Positions 17,273-28,215 of a DNA stretch of 44,539 nucleotides are shown here, piece after piece. Source of the DNA: Methanobacteriota archaeon (GTDB taxonomy: Archaea > Thermoplasmatota > Poseidoniia > MGIII > CG-Epi1). Where the stretch lies: positions 1-44,539 of the forward strand of contig JAERSJ010000036.1 of assembly GCA_016845825.1 (NCBI GenBank), read 5' to 3'. The notes beneath the pieces are model-generated. The model saw nothing but the letters and a program-made list of their open reading frames with translations, was not told where the DNA came from and ran no database searches. Positions within the stretch are counted from its first letter, which is position 1; every line of letters starts with the position of its first letter. The translations under genes were made by a program, and so were the position numbers.

Positions 17273-18083
17273 TAAGGACAAACACTTTTCACAGGATTCA
17301 GAAGAATATAGAAGATGGAAAGCTGGAGGAGTAAATGATAACGTACACTTATGCCCAAGAGGGTGTAAAGAACAATTGGAGAAAGTAGAAGGATTGTTAG
17401 TTTGTAATGAATGTGATGGCTTCAAAGTTAGTGTTGATCTAATTGCTGAGGGCACGCAAGGAATGCTTGAGAAAATAAAGGGAAAACGTAAAACAAAAGA
17501 AATAATGCTAGATTTTATAGCCAAAGGTAAGGAAAAAAAACTAATTTGCCCAATGTGTAATAATAAAATGTATGAAATTGAGCTATCGTATGATCCAAAC
17601 CAAGTTGCTCAATTTGAACGGCTGTTTGGCCCATTTAGGCATTTTTTTCTTGAGGCTGAACATCCTATTATTCATTTAATCGGCGTAGCTATGATTACTG
17701 CAGAAGTTGTCAATGCAGCAGGACACATAAGTAAAAAAATCGCAGCTAGTGTGAAAGAAAAAACTAGTAATATTTTAATACTTGACGGATGCAGGAGTTG
17801 TGAAAGTATGTGGTTTGACGGAGAAAAATATACTAGCTCAATTGAAACCTACAAAACTGAACTAGACATATTAGAACGATTCTGGCCATCAGCTGTATCT
17901 GAAACTATTAAAAAATTAGATGAGGAAGAAGAAAGACAAAAGAAGATTGAGTCTGCTAGCGAATTCCTAAAAAATGAAGGTAAAGAGATTAGGCTATCGC
18001 CAGCAAAAAAAGCAATTCTTGAATTAGAAAGGCAAAAGAAAAAAATAATAGAAGAAAAATCAAAGAGCATGCAACAGAAATGA
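17265..18083 (+). CDS. Zinc-ribbon protein (two TFIIB-type 'CPxC...CxxC..WFD' ribbons, the second split by an insert) with a Lys/Glu-rich coiled-coil tail
   Basis: 'LCPRGC..LVCNECDGFKV' and 'CPMCNNKM...(~85 aa)...CRSCESMWFDGEKY'. C-terminal 'EEEERQKKIE...ELERQKKKIIEEKSK'. It overlaps the upstream stop by 8 nt and the mutase start by ATGA. Confidence 0.6.
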   Translation: MSDKDKHFSQDSEEYRRWKAGGVNDNVHLCPRGCKEQLEKVEGLLVCNECDGFKVSVDLIAEGTQGMLEKIKGKRKTKEIMLDFIAKGKEKKLICPMCNNKMYEIELSYDPNQVAQFERLFGPFRHFFLEAEHPIIHLIGVAMITAEVVNAAGHISKKIAASVKEKTSNILILDGCRSCESMWFDGEKYTSSIETYKTELDILERFWPSAVSETIKKLDEEEERQKKIESASEFLKNEGKEIRLSPAKKAILELERQKKKIIEEKSKSMQQK

Positions 18084-19696
18084 ACAAAAAACAATGGGAA
18101 GACGAGACGCTTAAGCCAACTCTCGAGAAGTACCCTGAAAGAAAAGAAACCTTGTTAGATAGTAGAGAAAGGCTAAATTTTCCAGATGACGTGAAAAATA
18201 AAGAATCTGAATTTCCCGGTTCTTTCCCATATACTCGAGGAATACATCCTACTGGATACCGAGGTAAAATGTGGACCATGAGGCAATACGCTGGTTTTGG
18301 TACTGCTGAAGAAACAAATAAACGCTTCAGATATTTGCTAGATGAAGGTCAAACGGGATTGTCAGTAGCATTTGATCTACCTACACAAATTGGATATGAT
18401 AGTGATGATCCTATGTCACAAGGTGAAGTGGGAAAAGTGGGGGTCGCAATTGACACTATTGAAGATATGAAACAATTGTTTGATGGAGTTCCACTTGATA
18501 CCGTTTCGACTAGTATGACAATCAATGCTCCAGCATCAATGTTGTTAGCAATGTACGTTGCTACCGGACAATCTCAAGGAGTGAAAGAATCTCAACTTAG
18601 AGGAACTATACAAAATGATATTTTGAAAGAGTATATTGCTAGAGGAACGTACATTTTTCCACCTGAGCAATCTATGAGATTGACTACAGATGTGTTCGAG
18701 TATTGCAGTAAAAACATACCTAAATGGAATACCATATCTGTTTCTGGTTATCACATAAGAGAAGCTGGATGTAGTACTGAACAAGAATTAGCATTTACCA
18801 TAGCAAATGGAGTAACATATGCAAGAGCTGCCGTCGAAAAAGGCTTGGATGTCGATGACTTTGCACCAAGAATGGCTTTCTTCTTTAACGGACACAATGA
18901 TTTCCTTCATGAAATTGCAAAGTTTAGAGCTGCAAGACAAATTTGGGCTAGAATAATGAAAAAAGAATTTAATGCTAAAAATGAAAAATCAATGATGCTA
19001 AGATTCCATACTCAGACTGGAGGCTCAACACTAACTGCACAACAACCACACAATAATGTAGTTAGAACTGCTATTCAGGCCTTATCTGCAGTCTTGGGAG
19101 GTACTCAGAGCCTTCATACTAATTCAATGGATGAAGCTTTAGGATTGCCCTCTGAAAAGGCTGCTAAAGTAGCCCTTAGAACTCAACAAATTATTGCAGA
19201 AGAATCTGGAATTCCATTTACCATTGATCCCCTTGCTGGATCTTATACTATTGAAAGTATGACTGAAGAACTAGTTGCAAACACTATGGAAATTATAGAA
19301 AGAATTGACACGAATGGAGGTATGCTACAATGTATAGAAGAGGGATGGGTTCAGTCCCAAATCATGGATTCGGCTTACAAATACCAAAGAGAAATTGAGG
19401 AAAATGAACGGATTATTGTGGGTGTAAACAAATACAAAGATGATGAAGAGGGTAAGAGTGAAGTTACGAAGATAGATGAAGAATTAATTAAAGAAAAAAT
19501 CGGAAAATTATTAATTTTAAAAGAAAAGAGAGGAAATGTAGAAGAATATATTGATAAGATATCTCAATACGCTACTACTGATGAAAATTTACTTCCCCAC
19601 ATAATAGAAGCTGTGAATGCTAAAGTTAGTCTAGGTGAGATTTGTAATTCACTTCGTAAGGTCTGGGGTGAATATAGGCCTAAGGATATTATCTAA
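18080..19696 (+). CDS. mcmA: Methylmalonyl-CoA mutase, large (catalytic, N-terminal) subunit
   Basis: 'MRQYAGFGTAEETNKRFRYLLDEGQTGLSVAFDLPTQIGYDSD' plus 'RFHTQTGGSTLTAQQP'. No B12-binding domain lies within the ORF, so this is the split archaeal form. Confidence 0.93.
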   Translation: MNKKQWEDETLKPTLEKYPERKETLLDSRERLNFPDDVKNKESEFPGSFPYTRGIHPTGYRGKMWTMRQYAGFGTAEETNKRFRYLLDEGQTGLSVAFDLPTQIGYDSDDPMSQGEVGKVGVAIDTIEDMKQLFDGVPLDTVSTSMTINAPASMLLAMYVATGQSQGVKESQLRGTIQNDILKEYIARGTYIFPPEQSMRLTTDVFEYCSKNIPKWNTISVSGYHIREAGCSTEQELAFTIANGVTYARAAVEKGLDVDDFAPRMAFFFNGHNDFLHEIAKFRAARQIWARIMKKEFNAKNEKSMMLRFHTQTGGSTLTAQQPHNNVVRTAIQALSAVLGGTQSLHTNSMDEALGLPSEKAAKVALRTQQIIAEESGIPFTIDPLAGSYTIESMTEELVANTMEIIERIDTNGGMLQCIEEGWVQSQIMDSAYKYQREIEENERIIVGVNKYKDDEEGKSEVTKIDEELIKEKIGKLLILKEKRGNVEEYIDKISQYATTDENLLPHIIEAVNAKVSLGEICNSLRKVWGEYRPKDII

Positions 19697-19740
19697 TTCT
19701 CAAGTAATTTTATGTAATGCCTTGCCAGTCATGAAATAGT

Positions 19741-19818
19741 GGCGAAGCTAGGCTAGTTTGGTTAAACTGGGGGATTGTGGTTCCCTCGTCCCGGGTTCGA
19801 TTCCCGGGCTTCGCCCCA
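19741..19818 (+). tRNA. tRNA-His (anticodon GUG) with encoded G-1 and CCA
   Basis: G-1 plus acceptor GCGAAGC/GCUUCGC and discriminator C73, which pairs with G-1 (a His identity feature). Anticodon stem GGGGA/UCCCU, loop UUGUGGU. T arm CCGGG-UUCGAUU-CCCGG. The D stem has one C:A mismatch in my hand fold. A T6 run follows the CCA. Confidence 0.8.
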
Positions 19819-19851
19819 TTTTTTATAGTACTAAATTATAGAGACTTTAGC

Positions 19852-21126
19852 ATGAAAACTACATTGTACCAATTACACTTGACTGGGAGGCTAAAACATA
19901 TGATTATTGAAGTCAAAGATAATGTAATTATTACAGAATGGTGGACATCAAAAGAGGAAGAAGACGGAAAGAAACAAATTACTGAAGAGACTGTTCACGG
20001 TAAAAACAAAGGTAGAAGTAACGAAACTACAGATAACGAACAAGCTATTCTTGAATACGAAAGAAAAATCAAGAAGAAAAAAGAAGAAGGGTATGTAGAA
20101 AACCGTGAAGATGCGATTTTAGGTGAAGAAATTGTTGTCAGCTCAACATTAACTCAATCCTTTGCACCCTGTAAACCAATTAGTAAACTGAAAAAAGATG
20201 ATGATCCTTACGATGGAGACTGGCTAGCTGAAAGAAAATTTGATGGCTCTTGTATACTTTTACACAATACTGGAACTGAAAAAATAGGTTATACAAGAAG
20301 AATTAAGCCAATTACAGAAATCCTAAGTGTTGTTAATGAAATAAGGAATGCTTTAGAAAAATTACCAGAAGAATCGTTAATCATAGGAGAATTAATTGCA
20401 TTCGATAAAGATGGAAAAGAAGATCCAAAAGTTCTGAAGGCTGTAACTACTGAGACTACTACTGAGGCTAAGGCAAAAAATAAATATAATTCATTGATTA
20501 CAGAAGGATATACATTCACTTACAATGTTTTTGATGTCATTTTTTGGTATGGAGAAGATGTTACCGACCGAACTTTCCTTGAAAGATTGGAATTGACTAA
20601 TCATTTTGGTGAGAGAAAAATTGAAACTTTTACTGAGAAACTAGCTAATCAAGCAAAAGAAAACGATTGGGAAGGATTTATTCTCAGAAAAGCTGATGAT
20701 CAGATTACCTATACGATGAATGGTAAACCAAAACGAAAAGGTTCGTATAAATTTAAGTTCATAGAGACAACCGATTGTATTGTTACAAAAGTATCAAATG
20801 GTTCTGGAAAGCATGAAGTTCGTTTTGCAAGATTTAGACTGGCGCAGTATGAAAACAGCCCCTTTTTCGACGAACCCGTCCTTGTAGACTGTGGATGGGC
20901 AGGAGGTGGAAGACTAGGTGAAGAAAACATGGACCTTGTCACTTCTGAATTATTAGAAAAAGGATACAAGTTAGAGAAAACTGACCTCAAAGAAGAAGAT
21001 TGGTTCGTTGTTGAACTGGAATATCAGCGTAGACAAGAGAGAAATAATAAGGGACAATTATGTTTTGAATTCCCCATAATTGTTAGAACTAGAAATGATA
21101 AACCGTTGAGAGAATGTGAAGTCTAG
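19852..21126 (+). CDS. Compact ATP-dependent DNA ligase (phage-like) with an extra ~95-aa N-terminal module
   Basis: Nucleotidyltransferase motifs in order: I 'ERKFDGSC', III 'IGELIAF', IIIa 'YNVFDVIFWYG', IV 'EGFILRK', V 'GSYKFKF'. An OB region and 'VRTRNDK' follow. Start set at the ATG at 19852, because the ORF-track start at 19777 lies inside tRNA-His. Confidence 0.75.
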   Translation: MKTTLYQLHLTGRLKHMIIEVKDNVIITEWWTSKEEEDGKKQITEETVHGKNKGRSNETTDNEQAILEYERKIKKKKEEGYVENREDAILGEEIVVSSTLTQSFAPCKPISKLKKDDDPYDGDWLAERKFDGSCILLHNTGTEKIGYTRRIKPITEILSVVNEIRNALEKLPEESLIIGELIAFDKDGKEDPKVLKAVTTETTTEAKAKNKYNSLITEGYTFTYNVFDVIFWYGEDVTDRTFLERLELTNHFGERKIETFTEKLANQAKENDWEGFILRKADDQITYTMNGKPKRKGSYKFKFIETTDCIVTKVSNGSGKHEVRFARFRLAQYENSPFFDEPVLVDCGWAGGGRLGEENMDLVTSELLEKGYKLEKTDLKEEDWFVVELEYQRRQERNNKGQLCFEFPIIVRTRNDKPLRECEV

Positions 21127-22379
21127 ATTTCCTCTAGGGTAGTTTCGAACTCTTCACCGCTCTGTAAGTCTTTAACCTTAATTTTTTGACGTTTCCATTC
21201 TTCTGGAGCAACAATAATTATTCTATTGGCACCAATACGTTCTGCATGCTTAAACGCCCATTTCATCTTCTTATCCTCTAAAACTAAATCTACTAATCTA
21301 TCTGAATCTCTGAGAACTGAAGCTACTTTTACAGCCACATTTTTTAGTTCTGGATCTAAAGCAATGACCACATCTTCAACTCCACTTAGTAATTGCGGAA
21401 GTAAATTTTTATCCTTTAAAAGTTCCATAATTACCATATCCCCAAATCCAAATCCTGTGGCTGGTAAATCTTTCCCACCTAATGTAGACAAAAGCTTGTC
21501 ATATCTTCCTCCACCACAAATTGCCCTAAACTTCCCCTTTCGATCATTAACTTCGAAAACGGAACCTGTGTAATATGCAAGACCTCTAACAATAGAACCA
21601 TCAAATTCAACCCAGTCTGAAATTCCATAAGACTCAATCGCCTCGAATAATGTTGTCAATTCTTTTAGCGCCTCACTATCAGGCTTTAGAACTTTCTTTA
21701 ATGAATTAATATGTTTTAGTCCTAAAGTCGATTGGATTTTTGAAATAACCTCTGAACTATGACCTAATTCTGTTAGCTGTTCATTAATTACATCTGGAGA
21801 CAGTTTATCCATTTTGTCAACAATAATACATGTTTGAGCAAACGCATCTCCCTCTATGCCCAAAGAACCTAAAACCTCCTCCAAAACTTTTCTACTGCTA
21901 ACTCGAATAACTACATCTTCTTCAGTTAACCCAACGCCTTCGAGGAATGTTGTAATGACAGAAAATAACTCTGCATCTGCTGAAATTTCACTAGTCCCCC
22001 AAATATCTACATTCCACTGGAAATGCTCACGGCCTCTTCCTTTTTGCATTCTTTCGTAACGCCAGCATTGAGGAATAGAGAACCATTTGATAGGCATAGG
22101 AAGAACACCTGCACGAGACATTACCATTCTGGCTAATGAAGGAGTCATTTCAGGACGTAAGCTAACCTTTCTATCTCCCTTATCTTTGAAATTATACAAC
22201 TGCTTTACTATGTCTTCACCTTGTTTTCTAGTGTAAAGATCTTCATTTTCTAAAACCGGCGCATCATACTCTTCAAAACCATGTAAAAGTGAAGCATATG
22301 TGAAATTATCGAATAACCAATTCCGAAGTCTCATCTCCTCGGGATAAAAATCACGTGTACCTTTGACGCCTTTTGCCAC
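21123..22379 (-). CDS. hisS: Histidyl-tRNA synthetase
   Basis: 'GTRDFYPEEM', motif 2 'RYERMQKGRGREHFQWNVDIWG' and motif 3 'GGGRYDKL'. C-terminal anticodon-binding domain. Confidence 0.95.
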   Translation of the reverse strand: MAKGVKGTRDFYPEEMRLRNWLFDNFTYASLLHGFEEYDAPVLENEDLYTRKQGEDIVKQLYNFKDKGDRKVSLRPEMTPSLARMVMSRAGVLPMPIKWFSIPQCWRYERMQKGRGREHFQWNVDIWGTSEISADAELFSVITTFLEGVGLTEEDVVIRVSSRKVLEEVLGSLGIEGDAFAQTCIIVDKMDKLSPDVINEQLTELGHSSEVISKIQSTLGLKHINSLKKVLKPDSEALKELTTLFEAIESYGISDWVEFDGSIVRGLAYYTGSVFEVNDRKGKFRAICGGGRYDKLLSTLGGKDLPATGFGFGDMVIMELLKDKNLLPQLLSGVEDVVIALDPELKNVAVKVASVLRDSDRLVDLVLEDKKMKWAFKHAERIGANRIIIVAPEEWKRQKIKVKDLQSGEEFETTLEEI

Positions 22380-22453
22380 ATTAGCTTATCGAGGGTGTAT
22401 GTTAAGTATTTTGGGGAGGCACAAAGTTATAGAATAGGGCTGATAGGAGACTA

Positions 22454-23998
22454 ATGGGTACATCTGATAAAATCAAAGAACTTGAGAAAAAACTCAAGAA
22501 AGTTTCAGAGGGAGACCAAGTTAGAATTGATAAACAGCATAAAGCTGGAAAGATGACCGCAAGAGAAAGAATTAACGCATTATTAGATGCAGATTCATTT
22601 GTAGAATTGGATGCTATGGTAAAGCATCGTAGCAATAATTTTGGATTAGAGAAAAAGAGGCCCGATGGAGACGGAGTCGTAACTGGCCACGGTACAATTA
22701 ATGGAAGAACAGTCTATCTTTTTGCACAAGATTTTACAGTATTCGGGGGCGCATTAGGAGAAGCTCATGCCCAAAAAATATGCAAAGTAATGGACTTAGC
22801 CGCGAAAACAGGTTGTCCAATGATTGGACTTAATGACTCTGGAGGTGCTAGAATCCAAGAGGGTGTGGTAAGTCTTGGGGGATACGCCGAAATATTCTAT
22901 AGAAACGTTTCTTCATCAGGAGTTATTCCACAGTTTTCACTAATCTTGGGACCATGTGCTGGTGGAGCTGTTTACAGTCCTGCAATGACCGATTTTACAC
23001 TAATGGTAAAAGACACGAGTCACATGTTTATCACAGGACCTGATGTTATCAAAACTGTAACTCATGAAGAAGTAACTTTCGAAGATCTTGGAGGTGCAAT
23101 AACTCATAACTCAGTTTCCGGTGTTGCGCATTTAGCTTGCGAATCTGAAGAGGATATGTTCGAATCTCTAAGAGAACTAATCAGTTATGTACCTCAAAAT
23201 AATATGGAAAGCTTGCCTATTCTTCCTTACACAAAAGAAGAATCCGATGGAATCTCTGAATTAGATGAGATTATCCCAGACAATTCAACTGTGCCTTATG
23301 ATATGTTAAGTTTGATTAACTTAATTTGCGACGAGGACCTTTTCGAAGTACAGCCTCACTGGGCTAAAAATATAATCACTGGTTTTGGAAGATTGCGCGG
23401 ACACCCCATTGGTGTTGTAGCTAATCAGCCTTCTGTTTTAGCTGGATGTTTAGATATTGATGCCTCATCAAAAGCCGCAAGATTTGTTAGATTCTGTGAT
23501 GCTTTTAACATTCCTTTAGTTACTTTTGTCGATGTGCCTGGATTCCTTCCAGGAACTGAACAAGAACACGGAGGAATTATTAGACATGGCGCTAAACTAC
23601 TGTATGCCTTCTCAGAAGCATCAGTTCCTAAACTAACTGTAATAACAAGAAAAGCATATGGCGGAGCATATGATGTAATGGCTTCCAAACACATACGTGC
23701 AGATTTGAATCTAGCATGGCCTACTGCTGAAATTGCAGTTATGGGAGCCGATGGTGCTGTAAATATTATATTTAGAAAGGATATTGGAGAAGCTGACGAT
23801 CCTGTTAAGGCTCACAAAGAACTAAGTGATAATTACAAAGAAAAATTTGCCTCTCCGTATGTTGCTGCTGAAATGGGATATATTGACAGAGTAATATTCC
23901 CAAGAGAAACTAGAAAAGAGTTGATTTTAGGATTAGAAAGATATGGTAACAAAAGAGAAAATAGACCTAAAAGAAAGCACGGAAACATCCCACTGTAA
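22454..23998 (+). CDS. pccB: Propionyl-CoA carboxylase beta chain / methylmalonyl-CoA carboxyltransferase
   Basis: Carboxyltransferase N and C halves: '[21 protein letters not shown]', '[12 protein letters not shown]', 'AYGGAYDVM'. Confidence 0.9.
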   Translation: MGTSDKIKELEKKLKKVSEGDQVRIDKQHKAGKMTARERINALLDADSFVELDAMVKHRSNNFGLEKKRPDGDGVVTGHGTINGRTVYLFAQDFTVFGGALGEAHAQKICKVMDLAAKTGCPMIGLNDSGGARIQEGVVSLGGYAEIFYRNVSSSGVIPQFSLILGPCAGGAVYSPAMTDFTLMVKDTSHMFITGPDVIKTVTHEEVTFEDLGGAITHNSVSGVAHLACESEEDMFESLRELISYVPQNNMESLPILPYTKEESDGISELDEIIPDNSTVPYDMLSLINLICDEDLFEVQPHWAKNIITGFGRLRGHPIGVVANQPSVLAGCLDIDASSKAARFVRFCDAFNIPLVTFVDVPGFLPGTEQEHGGIIRHGAKLLYAFSEASVPKLTVITRKAYGGAYDVMASKHIRADLNLAWPTAEIAVMGADGAVNIIFRKDIGEADDPVKAHKELSDNYKEKFASPYVAAEMGYIDRVIFPRETRKELILGLERYGNKRENRPKRKHGNIPL

Positions 23999-24027
23999 CG
24001 TATATCTATCGTAGTCTACTGAAATGT

Positions 24028-24501
24028 ATGACTATATTAGAAGTTGGAAAAAAAGCTCCACAATTTGAATTACCAAATCAAGATGAAGAAAACAAAACTT
24101 TAGATGATTACAATGGCAAGTGGTTAGTTGCTTATTTTTATCCTCGAGATGACACTCCTGGATGTACTGTAGAGGCTCAAGAATTTACGGAAGAATTAGA
24201 TAATTTTACAAGTGAGGATGCAGTTATAGTAGGAATAAGCCCTGATACTGCTGCAAAGCACTGTAAGTTCATAGACAAACATGGACTAGGTATGGAATTA
24301 CTAGCTGACACTGAAAAACAAATGCTTGCCGACTACGGAGTATGGCAAGAAAAGTCAATGTATGGTAAAACCTACATGGGAGTAGTTCGAACTACTTACC
24401 TAATTGATCCAAATGGTTTGGTAGCCGAAGCCTGGACAAAAGTCAAGGCTCGTGGCCACGCAAAAGCGGTTTTCGAAAGATTGAAAGAGATTAAAGGATA
24501 A
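24028..24501 (+). CDS. bcp: Peroxiredoxin, Bcp/PrxQ type
   Basis: 'FYPRDDTPGCTVEAQEF' peroxidatic Cys motif, 157 aa. Confidence 0.88.
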   Translation: MTILEVGKKAPQFELPNQDEENKTLDDYNGKWLVAYFYPRDDTPGCTVEAQEFTEELDNFTSEDAVIVGISPDTAAKHCKFIDKHGLGMELLADTEKQMLADYGVWQEKSMYGKTYMGVVRTTYLIDPNGLVAEAWTKVKARGHAKAVFERLKEIKG

Positions 24502-24506
24502 AATCC

Positions 24507-26440
<1,934 letters not shown>

Positions 26441-26496
26441 TTTCTTTTCTCCGTTATTAAGGATAGGCTGGCCTGACTGTTGTAAAAATTACAAGT

Positions 26497-26541
26497 AGTA
26501 GGCAACCTGAGGTTGTCTACTCCGGCCGGTATATAAAATTG
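26497..26541 (-). promoter_or_regulatory. Putative groES-groEL promoter: TATA-like element followed by an 11-bp-arm imperfect palindrome
   Basis: Minus-strand sense: TTTTATATA (about 26531-26539), CCGGCCGG (26522-26529), then AGTAGACAACC-TCA-GGTTGCCTACT (26497-26521; one mismatched pair). This lies about 55-100 nt upstream of the groES ATG. Confidence 0.35.
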
Positions 26542-26542
26542 A

Positions 26543-27217
26543 TTATAATCCTTTGATTAAATCGAGTAAAACCTTTCTTGGCTCTGGAGATTTGACAACA
26601 CCTGACGCAAGAAGAATTCCTTCTGAGCCTAAAGATATTGCTTTTGATATGTCCTCTTGATTTTTGACACCTGCCCCACAAAGCACTGAAATCTCTGTAT
26701 TAATCTTCTTTACAACTTCAACTGTATTCGAAATTATTTCAGGCTTAGCTGTTGAGACTGAAATATCTCCGCCAATTAATTCTGGAGGTTCTACTGCAAT
26801 CATATCTGGATTTAACTTAGCACCTTTTTCTGAAGCTTCAATATCTGCCGTACATAGTACTGTGGACAACCCAAGTTCTTTACAACGGTTAATGGTTTTT
26901 TCAATTTCCTCCCAAGTCATCTGGCATTCTGCATGATTAACTAAGGTTCCTACTGCACCAGAATATCGAACTGCCTCAGGCAATATAGCTCCTGTATGAG
27001 AACCATAAGTTACTCCATCTACATGCTGTGCGAATATAGGAATGTCCAGATTATCACTAAAATCTACTAAGTCGATTGCAGATACTGCTGCAGCCAAATT
27101 GACGTTGTGTTCAAGGGCTATTTCTTCCATTATTTTACACAGATCATATCCGTCCGCACCATAGCCTTCCTCGTAGGCTTTCAAGTTAACAATTATGATT
27201 GGAGAATCATCATTCAT
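26543..27217 (-). CDS. tpiA: Triosephosphate isomerase (short archaeal type)
   Basis: 224 aa: 'IIVNLKAYEEG', 'LVNHAECQ', 'IAVEPPELIG', 'LCGAGV'. Confidence 0.9.
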   Translation of the reverse strand: MNDDSPIIIVNLKAYEEGYGADGYDLCKIMEEIALEHNVNLAAAVSAIDLVDFSDNLDIPIFAQHVDGVTYGSHTGAILPEAVRYSGAVGTLVNHAECQMTWEEIEKTINRCKELGLSTVLCTADIEASEKGAKLNPDMIAVEPPELIGGDISVSTAKPEIISNTVEVVKKINTEISVLCGAGVKNQEDISKAISLGSEGILLASGVVKSPEPRKVLLDLIKGL

Positions 27218-27288
27218 AAATTGTCATGAAAAACGCATTTAATGACTCTTTGGGAATCAATATAAAGCAATACATCTGTTGTATAATT

Positions 27289-28215
27289 ATGATTCTTGTA
27301 ACCGGAGCTCTAGGACAAATTGGAACTGAATTAGTCCTTGCGTTACAAGAAAAATACGGGAATGACAAAATCATTGCTTCTGATCTAAAAGAACCTGAGA
27401 ACTATCACTGTAAGTTTGAAAAATGTGATATTCGAAATATTGAAACTTATGAGAGAATTAATAATGAAAATAAAATTGAAATTGTCTACCATTTAGCTGC
27501 AATACTATCTGCAGCAGGTGAGAAGAATCCTGAATTATGTCATGATGTCAATTATAATGGTTTAGAAAATGTCCTTAAAACCGCCAAAAAATATAACCAG
27601 AAACTATTCTGTCCTAGCTCTATTGCAGTTTTCGGACCTGATGTACCTAAAGAAATGACGCCTCAAAATGTTGAATTAAACCCAAAAACAGTTTATGGAA
27701 TAACTAAAGTCAAAGGCGAAGAATTATGTGATACATATTTCAAAGAACATGGAATAGATGTAAGAGGAATTAGATATCCTGGATTGATCAGTTGGAAGCA
27801 CAAGCCAAGTGGAGGAACAACGGATTATGCTGTCGAAATGTATTTTGATGCTGTTGAAAGTGGAAAATATGAATGCTTTGTGAATAGGAATACTCGATTG
27901 CCTATGATGTTTATGGATGATGCTATCAGAGCCACACTCGAACTAATGGATGCACCTCTAGAGTCTTTGAATTACCATTCAAATTATAATTTATCAAGTA
28001 TGAGCTTTTCTGCTGAAGAATTGGAAAATGAAATTAAATATCACTTAGATTTTGATTGTTCATACCATCCGGATTACAGGCAAGATATAGCCGATACGTG
28101 GCCAATCTCAATCAATGATGAGGATGCCAGAAATGATTGGGGATGGGAACCAAAATTTGATATAACAAAAATGACTGAAGAAATGATAACAAACTTAAGG
28201 AGATTAAATGAGTAG
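27289..28215 (+). CDS. tdh: L-threonine 3-dehydrogenase, SDR/epimerase-like type
   Basis: Start moved to 'MILVTGALGQIGTEL' (Rossmann GxxGxxG). 'YGITKVKGE' is the YxxxK catalytic motif. It is directly coupled to kbl. Confidence 0.85.
   Translation: MILVTGALGQIGTELVLALQEKYGNDKIIASDLKEPENYHCKFEKCDIRNIETYERINNENKIEIVYHLAAILSAAGEKNPELCHDVNYNGLENVLKTAKKYNQKLFCPSSIAVFGPDVPKEMTPQNVELNPKTVYGITKVKGEELCDTYFKEHGIDVRGIRYPGLISWKHKPSGGTTDYAVEMYFDAVESGKYECFVNRNTRLPMMFMDDAIRATLELMDAPLESLNYHSNYNLSSMSFSAEELENEIKYHLDFDCSYHPDYRQDIADTWPISINDEDARNDWGWEPKFDITKMTEEMITNLRRLNE

Noticed and set aside
19777-19851. The ORF-track start of the 449-aa ORF ('MVPSSRVRFPGFAPFF...') upstream of the ligase
   Set aside because: These 25 codons are simply the tRNA-His T-arm/acceptor sequence and its T-run read as protein. 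The real start is the ATG at 19852.
19741-21126. An integrated virus or mobile element at tRNA-His
   Set aside because: There is only one gene between the tRNA and hisS. I see no integrase, no direct repeat of the tRNA 3' end downstream, and the ligase stop abuts hisS. At most this is a single-gene acquisition (kept as a finding), not an element.
26441-26542. A bacterial CIRCE/HrcA operator upstream of groES
   Set aside because: No match to TTAGCACTC-N9-GAGTGCTAA on either strand. A different palindrome is present and is reported separately.
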